A stretch of 64,000 nt of DNA from Patescibacteria group bacterium. GTDB taxonomy: Bacteria; Patescibacteriota; Microgenomatia; Levybacterales; GWA1-39-11. Position 1 is the first letter of the stretch. Each line of letters starts with the position of its first letter. The position numbers and the translations under genes were made by a program. Positions 35,213 through 45,925 of this stretch are shown here, in pieces. The notes under the pieces are model-generated. The model saw only the letters and a program-made list of their open reading frames with translations. It had not been told where the DNA came from and did no database searches. The stretch is taken from NCBI GenBank assembly GCA_035549295.1, contig DASZRG010000036.1, positions 13,324 to 77,323 on the forward strand. The letters are read 5' to 3'.

Positions 35213-36481
35213 ATGTACAAGAAAATTAAGAATTTATTAAAGTCACTTGGGCCTGGATTTATAACGGGTGCATCAGATGATGACCCGTCTGGTATTGCAA
35301 CCTACTCTCAGACCGGAGCTCAATTCGGATATACACAGCTCTGGACTTCACTTTTTTCATTTCCCTTTATGGCTATTATCCAGGAAATGTGTGGCAGAAT
35401 AGGGCTAGTTACGGGTCGAGGTATTGCAGTTATTGCTCGCGAACACTACGCCAAATCCATCCTTTATATCGCAGTATTTCTTCTTCTTGTGGCTAACACA
35501 ATCAACATTGGTGCCGATTTAGGCGCTATGGCATCTGCAACTGGCCTCCTGATCGGACTTCCATTCGTCGTTATACTAATATTCTTTACAGTTCTTACTC
35601 TTCTTCTTGAGGTTCTCGTGCCATATCCTGCTTACTCAAAAATTTTAAAGTATTTAACAGTTTCGTTATTTGCATACGTATTTACGGCAATAATCATTAA
35701 GCAGGACTGGCGCTCGATAACTCTTGCGACTCTAATTCCAACAATATCATTTAAAGAAGACTATATTTTCAACATTGTTGCAATTCTCGGAACAACTATC
35801 TCACCATATCTTTTCTTCTGGCAGGCAGATGAGGAGGTAGAAGAAGAAATAGAAGATGGAAAATTAAATTATATGGGTCACGGAACACCACAGATCACAA
35901 AGCGTGATATTAAGAAGATGAGAGCAGATACTCTTGTTGGTATGTTTTTTTCAAATATTGTTATGTTTTTCATAATCGTTGTTGCGGCATCAACTCTCCA
36001 CCTTCATGATATAACTACTATTCAGACAGCTGATCAAGCGGCCTCAGCTCTCAAGCCATTTGCGGGTGAATTTGCATTTCTACTTTTTGCTCTAGGCATC
36101 ATAGGGACAGGGCTGCTTGCAGTACCCGTTCTTGCGGGTTCTGCCGCATACGCAATTGCTGAGACTTTTCGTTGGAAAGCAGGTCTGGGACTTAAGTTCA
36201 GACGTGCGCATGGATTTTATGGCGTTATTACTATTGCAACCATAGTGGGTCTACTGGTAAATTTCACGCCCGTAAAACCATTTCAGATGCTTTATTATGC
36301 GGCAATTCTAAATGGAGTTGTTGCTCCGCCACTCATTGTTCTTCTTTTGTTTATTGCAAACAACAAAAAGATTATGGGAGACCATACCAACTCACTTCTT
36401 TCAAATGTCTTTGGTATTGCAATAGCGTTGATTATGGGTATCGCCTCGGTCCTTCTTTTCGCAAATTTAATAAAGCTATAG
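35213..36481 (+). CDS. mntH: NRAMP-family divalent metal transporter
   Basis: GPGFITGASDDDPSGIATYSQTGAQFGY is the DPGN-type NRAMP signature. About 11 TM helices. Confidence 0.8.
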   Translation: MYKKIKNLLKSLGPGFITGASDDDPSGIATYSQTGAQFGYTQLWTSLFSFPFMAIIQEMCGRIGLVTGRGIAVIAREHYAKSILYIAVFLLLVANTINIGADLGAMASATGLLIGLPFVVILIFFTVLTLLLEVLVPYPAYSKILKYLTVSLFAYVFTAIIIKQDWRSITLATLIPTISFKEDYIFNIVAILGTTISPYLFFWQADEEVEEEIEDGKLNYMGHGTPQITKRDIKKMRADTLVGMFFSNIVMFFIIVVAASTLHLHDITTIQTADQAASALKPFAGEFAFLLFALGIIGTGLLAVPVLAGSAAYAIAETFRWKAGLGLKFRRAHGFYGVITIATIVGLLVNFTPVKPFQMLYYAAILNGVVAPPLIVLLLFIANNKKIMGDHTNSLLSNVFGIAIALIMGIASVLLFANLIKL

Positions 36482-36542
36482 AAATTGCTTATACTTACTA
36501 GCTAGATTACTCCCCACGTTCAACTTCGCGATATTAGAAAAT

Positions 36543-36630
36543 CGTCGTCCTGATACTCGCTTCAGGACCTCGACGAGATGCTGAAACACGTGAAAGCTGC
36601 TGCTTCCAGTGCAAGCAAGTTCAGCATGAC
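36543..36630. repeat. Hairpin repeat of family 1, inverted orientation (M2 then M3 with an insertion)
   Basis: GTCGTCCTGATACTCGCTTCAGGACCTCGAC + GAGATGCTGAAACACG...GTTCAGCATGAC. Confidence 0.75.
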
Positions 36631-36639
36631 AAAAGGGGA

Positions 36640-37281
36640 TTAATTGAATAGTCCCTTGAGGATATTGAACGTGCGGCCTGTGTCGTGGTCTTCGACAATC
36701 AGGATAAATTCATGAGGATTTGTAATAACTTCCAGTATATTTATACCATCCCATGCAAGAGATTTGAGAAAGAAATAGTAAATACCCGGCGTTTTTATCG
36801 TATTTGGTGGAAGATATATAGTAACTGCCGATACTTTATGCTGTAAAAGAATGGGCCTTTTACCATCGATTGTCTCTTTATACTTTTCGTAAAGATCCTG
36901 GCTTAAAATGAGAGTCGTCTCTCGTCTGCCCTCATTTCTAAAGTAAAGTGATCCCGAATCCATCTCTTGGGAAAGCAGTAGCGACAAACCACGGTCTTCG
37001 TTTTTGTTAAGCGTTACAAGAGTAAAGCCCGAACGAACACTTATTTCTGGGGCGACTTTAAAAAGATTGGAAGTCTTGTATTTTGGTTGGAAATCAGGCT
37101 CAAGACGATTCAGAGCCATAACAATAGATGCCTGACTCACCTTTTTCAAAAGCATCTCCTCTATCTCAGGCTTTATATAACGGGCAAGCGATGAATAGTT
37201 AATAATTCCCTTTGAAATAGCCTCCGATAAATATCGGCTGCGCTCAATAATCTTTTTGGTTGCTTCCGGAACGGTTATCAT
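36640..37281 (-). CDS. Hypothetical protein, possibly with an ACT-like C-terminal region
   Basis: 213-aa ORF with weak ACT-like beta-alpha-beta character. It is not assignable. Confidence 0.3.
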   Translation of the reverse strand: MITVPEATKKIIERSRYLSEAISKGIINYSSLARYIKPEIEEMLLKKVSQASIVMALNRLEPDFQPKYKTSNLFKVAPEISVRSGFTLVTLNKNEDRGLSLLLSQEMDSGSLYFRNEGRRETTLILSQDLYEKYKETIDGKRPILLQHKVSAVTIYLPPNTIKTPGIYYFFLKSLAWDGINILEVITNPHEFILIVEDHDTGRTFNILKGLFN

Positions 37282-37289
37282 AAGATCAC

Positions 37290-37470
37290 GAATGTATCCA
37301 AATGGTTAGCCCGCCTTGCCGGCGAGGCAGGTCTGAATGATCCAAATTCTAATTTGAAATTATGTGTCAATTTTGAAACCCAATCTATACAAACTTATAA
37401 GCATTCGGGTTATTCGGATTGCAAATCTGAATAATTTAGCCTGTCATTCGGATACATTTGTGTTAATATT
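37290..37470. repeat. Hairpin repeat cluster related to families 2 and 3, bounded by imperfect inverted ends (GAATGTATCC...GGATACATTTG)
   Basis: Its GGTTATTCGGATTGCAAATCTGAATAA stem-loop shares TTCGGGTTATTCGGA with 53648-53662. GCCTTGCCGGCGAGGCAGG resembles the core at 23392-23412. Confidence 0.6.
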
Positions 37471-37545
37471 TTAACATTTTTTATAAATTTGTAAAGATTT
37501 GTATAAAATTTGACTACTATATATTTTTTATATTATTATTTCCCC

Positions 37546-38307
37546 ATGGCGAAAAATTACAAAAAGATAGCACAAGAAGTTCGCAAAAAGGCACTATCCA
37601 TGATACATAAGGGTCAAACAGCCCACATAGCAAGTAACTTTAGCGTAGCCGACCTCGCTGTTACACTTTATGAAAATTTAGGCAAAAACGACCGTGTGGT
37701 CTGGAGTAAGGGCTGGGCCGCTGCAACGACTTATGTACTACTTGCTCGCAGAGGATACTTCCCAGAAAAAGATCTAGATAAATTTCCTAATCCGCCGTAC
37801 ATAAATCTCGTTGAATTTGGAGTCCCTGGCGTTGAGACAACTGCTGGCTCGATGGGTCATGGACTGCCAGTCGCGCTAGGAATCGCCTTGGGACAAAAAA
37901 AATTAGGAAATAAAGCTCGAGTTTTTTGCATCATGTCAGATGGTGAGCTAAATGAAGGCACAACATGGGAAAGCGTTATGATAGCCGCTCATCAAGAACT
38001 TGATAATTTGACAGTTCTTGTCGACCGGAATGGTTGGCAAGCAATGGGAAGGACTGAGGACGTTCTAAAGCTTGAGCCGATTGAGGATAAATTTAGAGCT
38101 TTTGGTTGGAACGCTGCTCGAGTTGGCGGCCATGACTATGAAGCAATGGAAAAGGAAATTTTGAAAAAAAACTCTCCTAAAAAACCGAATGTTATTATCT
38201 GCGACACCCTAAAAGGAAAAGGCGTTTCATTTATGGAAGATTCACTGGTATTTCACTATAAATATGTAGATGATGAAGTCTTTAGAAAGGCGATGGAAGA
38301 ACTATGA
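37546..38307 (+). CDS. tkt: Transketolase, N-terminal (thiamine-diphosphate-binding) subunit
   Basis: GHGLPVALGIALG, SDGELNEG and the TPP-binding fold. The start was taken at MAKNYKK. Confidence 0.8.
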   Translation: MAKNYKKIAQEVRKKALSMIHKGQTAHIASNFSVADLAVTLYENLGKNDRVVWSKGWAAATTYVLLARRGYFPEKDLDKFPNPPYINLVEFGVPGVETTAGSMGHGLPVALGIALGQKKLGNKARVFCIMSDGELNEGTTWESVMIAAHQELDNLTVLVDRNGWQAMGRTEDVLKLEPIEDKFRAFGWNAARVGGHDYEAMEKEILKKNSPKKPNVIICDTLKGKGVSFMEDSLVFHYKYVDDEVFRKAMEEL

Positions 38308-38783
38308 TGCGACGACCCTTTATTGAAAAAATGACTGAGCTTGCCAAACGCGATGAACGAGTAATCCTTGTTATAGGAGACATGGGATTCACTTATATGC
38401 AAGACTATATTAAAGAATTTCCAAATCAGTTCCTAAACCCTGGAGTTGCAGAACAAACTATGATGGGTATGGTTTTTGGGCTTTCGAGAGCCGGATGGAA
38501 ACCGTATGTCTATACAATGCTTAACTTCATCATCTTTAGACCTTACGAACAATTGAGAAATGACATTTGCCATCAAAATGCAAACGTAAAACTCTTTGGC
38601 GTCGGGGGAAGTGCAGGTTATAATTTTGACGGAATGGGTCACAACGTTGAAAAGGGTGAGACAGAACAACTATTGTCACATTTACCAAATCTTAAGAGAT
38701 ATTATCCCAAAACGGATGCTGAAACGAAAAGGTTTATGGAAGAAGAATACAACCGCGAAGGCCCCTCCTTTATGGAGCTTTAA
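38304..38783 (+). CDS. Transketolase C-terminal-section protein, unusually short (159 aa, pyrimidine-binding domain only)
   Basis: FLNPGVAEQTMMGMVFGLSRAGWKPYVYTM is the Pyr domain. There is no recognisable C-terminal TKC domain. It makes an ATGA overlap with the N-terminal subunit. Confidence 0.65.
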   Translation: MMRRPFIEKMTELAKRDERVILVIGDMGFTYMQDYIKEFPNQFLNPGVAEQTMMGMVFGLSRAGWKPYVYTMLNFIIFRPYEQLRNDICHQNANVKLFGVGGSAGYNFDGMGHNVEKGETEQLLSHLPNLKRYYPKTDAETKRFMEEEYNREGPSFMEL

Positions 38784-38786
38784 TTT

Positions 38787-41246
38787 TTAAATCCCCATCG
38801 AGTCTTCGACTTGTTTTATTTTCATTGCCATTTTAAGAACACTATCCGCATTAAGAGAAATGGAATCAATCCCCTCTTTTACTAAAAATTCAGCAAGCTC
38901 CGGAAAGTCTGATGGACCCTGTCCGCATATTCCCACTTTAAGACCTACGCTATGCGCTCTTTTTATAAGATCAGAAATTTGCTTATGAACTGCTCGATCA
39001 TTTTCATTACCAATATGGGCTATTAATTTGGAGTCACGGTCAAGGCCCAGAGTCAACTGGGTCAAATCATTTGATCCTATCGAAAAACCATCAAATATAT
39101 CAGCAAAATCTTCAACCAACAGAATGTTTGAAGGGACTTCTGCCATAACCCATACATGTAAATTCTCATCCAATTCCTCTTTGTTCTGCATGTTTTTTTC
39201 TTTATCATGCGTCAGTCCATTTTTGGCCATTTCTTGTATAACTTTTTCTCCCTCTTCAGGAGTTCTACAGAATGGAACCATGACTTGAAGATTGATAAGG
39301 CCCATTTCAGTCCTAACTTTTTTGACGGCTCGACACTCAAGCGCGAAAGCTTCTGCAAATTGGGGATCAGTATAACGCGACGCACCACGAAAACCTATCA
39401 TGGGATTGTCTTCAAATGGCTCAAATTGTTTACCTCCTATAAGTCCCGCATACTCATTGGATTTAAAATCTGAAAATCTAAGAAGAACTTCATGTGGATA
39501 GAAAGCAGAAGCCATGATTGCTATTCCATAAGAAAGCTTGTCTACATAATAATCAACCCTATTTGAATATCCAACCGTAAGAACATCTATTTGGCGTTTT
39601 ACCTCTGGGTCATTTAGAGAATCGTATTTTATGAGTGCATTAGGATGAATTTTTATAAAGTTTGAAATAATAAATTCCTCACGAGCAAGCCCTACGCCAT
39701 TATTTGGAATAAATGAATAGTTAAAAGCCAGTTCAGGATCTGCTGCGATCATCTTAATCTTTGTCTTCGGAAGATGAAAATTGTGGAGATCTATCTTGTC
39801 TATCCTGAACTGCAATATACCTTCATAAACATTCCCCAATTCTCCCTCTGCGCATGAAACCGTGATATCTTCACCATCGAGAATAACTTTTGTGGCTTCT
39901 CCACATCCAACAATCGCAGGAATCCCCAGTTCGCGAGAAACAATTGCAGCATGACTTGTTCGGCCACCCGAATTAGTAACTATTGCAGATGCAATTTTCA
40001 TAATTGGCTCCCAGTCAGGATCTGTGATTTCAGCAATTAAAACCTCTCCTTTTTGAAATTTACTAAGCTCTGATGGATCTTTTATGTATCGCGCCTTACC
40101 CTGACCAATTTTTTTACCAACTGCAGCACCTTGGATTAAAACTCTGCTTTTTTCAATGAGTACATATTCTTCAAGAGATGCATTATCTCGCCTCGCCTGA
40201 ACTGTCTCGGGCCTTGCCTGCACGATATAAAGCTCATTTTCACTTGCGTCATAGGCCCATTCGATATCCATTGGCTTACCGTAATGAGCCTCTATCATCG
40301 TTCCCCATTTGGCGAGTTTTAAAACTAAGTCATCTGATAATACAAAAATCTGTCTTTCATTCAAAGCAACTGGAACATCTTTCGTTGGGGAATTTGTCCC
40401 TTCGTTTGCATATATAAGCTTTTTTTCTTTTGAACCGAGTTTTTTGTCTATAATTGCATGAAATCCTTTCTTAAGAGTTGGTTTGAAAACCATAAATTCA
40501 TCGGGTGTTACTATACCCTTAACCACATACTCTCCGAGACCCCAAGACCCATTGATAAGAACTACGTTTCTAAATCCACTTTCTGTATCGAGAGTAAACA
40601 TGACACCACTTGCTCCACGGTCAGACCTTGCCATCTTTTGAACTGCGACAGATAAGGCAATCTTAAAATGATCAAATTTTTGATCAACGCGATACGATAT
40701 CGCGCGATTTGTAAAAAGTGATGCTATAGCTTTCCTGATAGCATCGAGAAGTGCTCGCTCACCCCGAATATTAAGATATGATTCTTGTTGGCCGGCAAAC
40801 GATGCATCAGGTAGATCTTCTGCCGTTGCAGATGACCTGACTGCAACATCAAGATCTGAAGCGTTTATGTTGAGATGCTTTGCGAGTGAATTATACGCAT
40901 CAATTATCGCTATAGTCATCTCCTCTGGAAACTCAGATGAAATAATCAACTCGCGAATTTTCCGACCAGCCTCTTCAAGCTGCTTTATTTCCTGAATGTT
41001 CAGGCTATCTAATATATCTTGAATTTTACGATCTAATTCATTCTTTTCGATAAAGAATTTATAGGCATATGCAGTTACAGCAAATCCAAACGGAACATTT
41101 ATTTTTTCATCTGGAAACATCTCGCTTGAAGCCTGAGTAAGATTGCGGTACATCTCACCTAAATTAGCATTCTTTCCACCGACAAGTGTAATATCGTTTT
41201 TGTCAATCTCATCAAACCACAAAATAAACTTCTTATCGCGATCCAT
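38787..41246 (-). CDS. ppsA: Phosphoenolpyruvate synthase (pyruvate, water dikinase)
   Basis: 819 aa, with GGRTSHAAIVSRELGIPAIVGC (phospho-His domain) and a C-terminal PEP-utilising domain. Confidence 0.85.
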   Translation of the reverse strand: MDRDKKFILWFDEIDKNDITLVGGKNANLGEMYRNLTQASSEMFPDEKINVPFGFAVTAYAYKFFIEKNELDRKIQDILDSLNIQEIKQLEEAGRKIRELIISSEFPEEMTIAIIDAYNSLAKHLNINASDLDVAVRSSATAEDLPDASFAGQQESYLNIRGERALLDAIRKAIASLFTNRAISYRVDQKFDHFKIALSVAVQKMARSDRGASGVMFTLDTESGFRNVVLINGSWGLGEYVVKGIVTPDEFMVFKPTLKKGFHAIIDKKLGSKEKKLIYANEGTNSPTKDVPVALNERQIFVLSDDLVLKLAKWGTMIEAHYGKPMDIEWAYDASENELYIVQARPETVQARRDNASLEEYVLIEKSRVLIQGAAVGKKIGQGKARYIKDPSELSKFQKGEVLIAEITDPDWEPIMKIASAIVTNSGGRTSHAAIVSRELGIPAIVGCGEATKVILDGEDITVSCAEGELGNVYEGILQFRIDKIDLHNFHLPKTKIKMIAADPELAFNYSFIPNNGVGLAREEFIISNFIKIHPNALIKYDSLNDPEVKRQIDVLTVGYSNRVDYYVDKLSYGIAIMASAFYPHEVLLRFSDFKSNEYAGLIGGKQFEPFEDNPMIGFRGASRYTDPQFAEAFALECRAVKKVRTEMGLINLQVMVPFCRTPEEGEKVIQEMAKNGLTHDKEKNMQNKEELDENLHVWVMAEVPSNILLVEDFADIFDGFSIGSNDLTQLTLGLDRDSKLIAHIGNENDRAVHKQISDLIKRAHSVGLKVGICGQGPSDFPELAEFLVKEGIDSISLNADSVLKMAMKIKQVEDSMGI

Positions 41247-41293
41247 ATATTAATCGTATATCATTTAAAAACTTGCGTAAATAGGTAAATAAA

Positions 41294-43081
41294 ATGATAG
41301 AATTACAAAATCTTATTAGGCGCGATTTTATGAAAAATAAATGGGTTTTATTTGTACTTATATTTGCATTGGCTGCATTTTTTAGACTATACAAACTCGA
41401 CTCAGTACCTCCAGGCCTACATATCGATGAGCTACCATTTGGCTATAACGCATATTCCATCCTTACGACTGGAAAAGATGAATTTGGGGTAAAAATGCCG
41501 ATGGTACTCCGAGCTTATGACGACTTCAGACCCGCACTACTATCTTATCTAATAATACCCTTTATAAAACTTTTTGGATTGAATATTTTAAGTATTAGAC
41601 TTCCAAATGTTATTCTTTCACTTATCTCAATATATGCTTTATATGAACTAACATATTTATTTGTACTTCTTGCATCCGAAAAAACGAAAACCAAACTACT
41701 AAAAGAAAAAGCTAAATATATTGCGCTATCAACCATTTTTCTTTTTGCAATTTCGCCATGGAATATATATCTGTCAAGAATCGCAATTGATACAAACGTA
41801 AGTTTTTCCCTATTTCTTTTTGGTCTTTTATTTTTATTTAAGTTCTTAAATAGTAAATTGACAAAACACTTATTATTTTCACTTTTATTTTTGTTTGCAA
41901 CATTTTTCTCATACAACGGGATTAAGTTGTTCCTTCCTGAGTTTTTAATTGCAACTTTTTTTGTTTTCTACAAACCTCTTACCCTAAAAAAAATAAATAT
42001 TACTCTGTTAATTTCATTTATTGTCATCATTTCGATGTTTTACCTTTTGGTTAACAAAAATTCAAATGGGCTTATGCGGCTGAATTCTATAAATTACGTT
42101 GCGCAAAGTCGTGATTATATACAAAATACGACATCGAAAAGAATAGTTTATGACGATCAAAATAAAGATATCATTGGCTCAATTTTTGATAATAGAAGGC
42201 TTTCATGGATTCCATACTTGGCCACAAATTATTTTGTGAACATTAATCCGTCATGGCTATATACAGACGATGGCACTCACTATACATACCGAATACCAGG
42301 CGTAGGTTTGTTTAATTTTTTTGAAATATCAATTCTTGTTGCAGGATTATTTTTTATCATTAAGTCAATAAAAACAAAGTTTTTAGTATTTATTTTTTTA
42401 TGGATTGGTGTTTCTATAATTCCCGCAGCACTCACAACAGATGCACCTAATGCATCCAGAATTTATCAATTACTTCCGCCATTACTCATGATTGAGGGAT
42501 ATGGGGCGTATGGGATTTTGGGGTGGTTAGGTAATTTGCAAAATAGTCAAATAAAAGCGCTATTATATTCTAGTTTTTGTTTGGTGTTATTAATATCTAT
42601 TCTGTGGCTTTATCATTCATACTTTACCCTTCTTCCCTATGAGAAATCATCAACTTATAACTACGGCGCTTCAAGCGCAATGATTTACGCAAAGGAAAGT
42701 GCCGGAAAATATAAAAATATTATTGTTTCAAGAAATGGCAATTTGAACTTTTCTTATATGTATTTTCTTTTCTTCAACAAATATAATCCAGGAAAATACA
42801 TAAGTTCTGGCGGAACAAAATCGGGAGGATTTTTAGTAGACCACAAGATTGAAAAATACTTGTTTACCAATCCAGGTTTAGTATTTAAAAATGTTAGCCA
42901 AAAATTTGATACTCCACTAGATTATAAAACCAACAAACAAACGCTCTACGTAGTGGATGCTTCGGATTTACCAGTTGATGAAACTGCAAAAAGGAAATAT
43001 TTGGATAAATTTAAAACGCTGAGAGTTTTTAATCTGTTAAATGGGGATCCCGCGATATACGCTCTGACCGGAAAAAACTAG
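41294..43081 (+). CDS. GT-C fold membrane glycosyltransferase (ArnT/PMT-like), second copy
   Basis: LYKLDSVPPGLHIDELPFGYNAY and ~12 TM helices. It is a paralogue-like of 4695-6239. Confidence 0.6.
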   Translation: MIELQNLIRRDFMKNKWVLFVLIFALAAFFRLYKLDSVPPGLHIDELPFGYNAYSILTTGKDEFGVKMPMVLRAYDDFRPALLSYLIIPFIKLFGLNILSIRLPNVILSLISIYALYELTYLFVLLASEKTKTKLLKEKAKYIALSTIFLFAISPWNIYLSRIAIDTNVSFSLFLFGLLFLFKFLNSKLTKHLLFSLLFLFATFFSYNGIKLFLPEFLIATFFVFYKPLTLKKINITLLISFIVIISMFYLLVNKNSNGLMRLNSINYVAQSRDYIQNTTSKRIVYDDQNKDIIGSIFDNRRLSWIPYLATNYFVNINPSWLYTDDGTHYTYRIPGVGLFNFFEISILVAGLFFIIKSIKTKFLVFIFLWIGVSIIPAALTTDAPNASRIYQLLPPLLMIEGYGAYGILGWLGNLQNSQIKALLYSSFCLVLLISILWLYHSYFTLLPYEKSSTYNYGASSAMIYAKESAGKYKNIIVSRNGNLNFSYMYFLFFNKYNPGKYISSGGTKSGGFLVDHKIEKYLFTNPGLVFKNVSQKFDTPLDYKTNKQTLYVVDASDLPVDETAKRKYLDKFKTLRVFNLLNGDPAIYALTGKN

Positions 43082-43095
43082 GACTAGGAGTTAAA

Positions 43096-43767
43096 TTAGT
43101 TAATAACAACAGCAGCAGGTAAAACTACACCTTGAATATCATCAGATGTTGAGTAGATGTGAACGTCATATGTACCCTTTTTAAGGTTATAAAAGTCGGT
43201 TAATATTTTTGTTGAGAAATCTCCGCCGACATAATTTCCACCAATGCTTGGAACGAGCTCTACTCGAGTATTTTGAGTAAATCCTGATCCATCAACTTCA
43301 ATATTTGTAATGAAGTTACAACTTGATGAAGTACATGGGTGAACAATTACTGCTGTAACTGTTGGCTTTGGTTTGTTGGAATTATCGTTGTTTCCTCCAC
43401 CATTATTGTTGCCTCCTCCGGAATTTCCGCCACCACCGCTTGATGAACCTCCACCTGAACCAGGATTTGAAGGTTTGTGAGAATTCCAAAAAGCTGTAAC
43501 CGCATCACAATCTTTTTTAGGAACGCGGATTGTCTTTCCATCAGGCATTGAACAACTTACGATACTATTGGCAGGATTAAAGAAGAATGAGATGATTTGA
43601 TTTACTTTTGCACCAAGAACTTTTTTCTTTGGGGGTACAACCTTTTTTGGTTGAACTTTTTTTACAACTACAGGTTTTTTAGGTGCTTTTGCACTAACGT
43701 GTGAGAACACAACCGGAACGGCTATGAAATAAGTGAGCAAAAGGGCTGCAAATAAAGCCTTTTTCAT
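43096..43767 (-). CDS. Secreted hypothetical protein with a Gly/Asn-rich linker
   Basis: A signal peptide, a Lys/Pro/Val-rich segment, then GSGGGSSSGGGGNSGGGNNNGGGNN, then a beta-rich C-terminal domain. Confidence 0.4.
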   Translation of the reverse strand: MKKALFAALLLTYFIAVPVVFSHVSAKAPKKPVVVKKVQPKKVVPPKKKVLGAKVNQIISFFFNPANSIVSCSMPDGKTIRVPKKDCDAVTAFWNSHKPSNPGSGGGSSSGGGGNSGGGNNNGGGNNDNSNKPKPTVTAVIVHPCTSSSCNFITNIEVDGSGFTQNTRVELVPSIGGNYVGGDFSTKILTDFYNLKKGTYDVHIYSTSDDIQGVVLPAAVVIN

Positions 43768-43903
43768 ACAACCACCGGATTATAACAGAAATACCTTAAT
43801 TTGTCAACTATAGGATAGTAACTTAGGCGTTTAAGGCTATTCCAGGACCGATTTCGCAGTTTGGATTGTTCATGTTAGAAATAATTTTGCTATAATCGTC
43901 AAA

Positions 43904-44359
43904 ATGCAACAATATGAGAGAGGCGAAGGCATCATCCCTTCTCGCCAAGAAAGATTTGCCGATGTACTAAGCCACCTTGCAACATTACCTGCAGCACACT
44001 CGTCTCTCGAGGCTTATGGACAACTTTCAGAAGCGATAAATGCAGCAGAAGACAGAATGTTTGGAGTAGATTCTTGGGCGCCTCCAAGAACATTTCTTGA
44101 CGGACAAAGAAGCGAACGACTATATACGATCTATACGGAAAGTTTTCATCACGTCGATGGATTTGCAGGAGTTACATTGATGATTGCTAAACGTGAACTT
44201 GTATTTGTAAGTCGATTTGGCGCGATACAAGTACAGAGCAAGATACCAGACGATCCATACGGTAGAAGCAAACATTTTTCCGACAGACCAGAAACTGTCA
44301 TTTGGAATAAAGAAGATGCCTATGGCGATGACGTATGGCACGATAAAAACAAAGCCTAG
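43904..44359 (+). CDS. Hypothetical protein
   Basis: 151-aa ORF with a TATAAT box 7 nt upstream. Its GC content is higher than that of neighbouring CPR-like genes. Confidence 0.35.
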   Translation: MQQYERGEGIIPSRQERFADVLSHLATLPAAHSSLEAYGQLSEAINAAEDRMFGVDSWAPPRTFLDGQRSERLYTIYTESFHHVDGFAGVTLMIAKRELVFVSRFGAIQVQSKIPDDPYGRSKHFSDRPETVIWNKEDAYGDDVWHDKNKA

Positions 44360-44363
44360 AACG

Positions 44364-45341
44364 TTATTTTATAGATTCGAATGAAGTCTCAATCTCACCA
44401 ATTTTTGCTTGAAGCGTTTTGACCATTTCTGGATTGCTGCGCGAATCATAATATCCGAGGATTGATTGGGCAAAAAACAACTCATAAAGATACATTTTCT
44501 TCATAAAATCACCCTCAAAAATTTCCTTATTATCGTAACCTTCTTTTAAGGCGCTGAAGAATGGCTCTGCGCCTTGTGTCCAGAAATGATGCCACGCAAT
44601 ATCTTGCACCGGATCGCCTACCATGCAATTCTCCATATCAACAATTCCAACAATCCTTCTATCTTTCACGATAGTATTTTTAAGTGACGCATCTCCATGA
44701 AGAAGACTAGCATGAGGTAGATCAAACAATTTCTTATTTTCGTCAAACAGTCTTCTATACTTTTGCACTTTTTCGTCAGATAATAGTCCTTTTCCCACCA
44801 AAACTTCTTCCCGCCATGGTGCGTCAAGATCTGAAACCAAGGATTCCCACTGACTATTAAATTTGCCAACTAATTGACCATTTTTAACTTGTGGTTCGCG
44901 GCCAAAACCATCAAGCTTAATACCATGAATTAAAGATAGAAAATGTCCGAGCTGTTTTATAAGTGATGCGCCTTCTGCGTCTGTTGACCAAGACTGATGC
45001 CCGGCAGTTCCGTCAATCTTTTTTGTTATCATAAATGCTTCAGGAAAAATCTCCAGTGAATCATCTAATGCAATTACCTCAGGCGTTGGAACACCCACCT
45101 TGCGACACATATTGAAAGCGAGTGTTTCGATTCTAAAAGAATTTCCACCACGTTCTTCAGGCGCGACACGCACTACGCATTCTTGCCCGTCTTCAGTTTT
45201 TATAAAATAAACAGCGTTTACTTCACCTAAATCTTGTCTTTCTAAGAGGCGTACTTTAGACTTAACTATTTTCTCAACAAGACCTTTAACATCATCATCT
45301 ACATGTGATGGCTTGTATGACTTAAAACCACTGTTACTCAC
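44364..45341 (-). CDS. Aminoglycoside/choline-kinase-like phosphotransferase (APH family)
   Basis: LLHGDASLKNTIV...IVDMENCMVGDPVQDIA gives the Brenner HGDxxxxN catalytic motif plus the DxE/D motif. Confidence 0.65.
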   Translation of the reverse strand: MSNSGFKSYKPSHVDDDVKGLVEKIVKSKVRLLERQDLGEVNAVYFIKTEDGQECVVRVAPEERGGNSFRIETLAFNMCRKVGVPTPEVIALDDSLEIFPEAFMITKKIDGTAGHQSWSTDAEGASLIKQLGHFLSLIHGIKLDGFGREPQVKNGQLVGKFNSQWESLVSDLDAPWREEVLVGKGLLSDEKVQKYRRLFDENKKLFDLPHASLLHGDASLKNTIVKDRRIVGIVDMENCMVGDPVQDIAWHHFWTQGAEPFFSALKEGYDNKEIFEGDFMKKMYLYELFFAQSILGYYDSRSNPEMVKTLQAKIGEIETSFESIK

Positions 45342-45421
45342 CCGAAAATTATATCACCAGCAAGTAAGAATACTGATAGATAAACGGTAGGACCTATCTA
45401 AGTGATCGCTAGAACTATAAT

Positions 45422-45916
45422 CTACTTAGCGTGCTTTGAGGATCTTGCCTGAGATAATTGTTTTGTTGACACGGACTTTTCAACTCTCGACCCTATATTT
45501 ATAAGGAAAACTGCTAGTACCCCCAAAATTATTCCCAATATTTGAATCGCGTTTAATTTATCTCTAAAAATAAAAAATGCAATTATTGCTACAACTGCTG
45601 ATTGCATACCAGCCGCAATCGCAAGAGCTAGACCAGGATTCGGTGCGTCATTTGCAGCCTGGAAAATAGTTACATTACCAATAGTACTCAGTATTCCTAT
45701 AGCAATGATTATTAAAAGCACAGTTAAATTAAGCTCAATCTTCGTGTGCGAAAAAATAAATGTTTGTGAAATATAATAAATTGCCGGAATTATTCCTAAA
45801 CCAATCAGAACAAAATAAACCGGAAGTCCTCTTCTGGTTAGATATGTAATAAGGATCGACATCAGTGAAAGTGAAAACAAAGAGATAATTGCAAGACCAA
45901 ACCAATTTAATTTCAT
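45422..45916 (-). CDS. Small multi-TM membrane protein (EamA/DMT-half-like)
   Basis: 164 aa with ~5 TM helices. Confidence 0.35.
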   Translation of the reverse strand: MKLNWFGLAIISLFSLSLMSILITYLTRRGLPVYFVLIGLGIIPAIYYISQTFIFSHTKIELNLTVLLIIIAIGILSTIGNVTIFQAANDAPNPGLALAIAAGMQSAVVAIIAFFIFRDKLNAIQILGIILGVLAVFLINIGSRVEKSVSTKQLSQARSSKHAK

Positions 45917-45925
45917 ATATTCATT

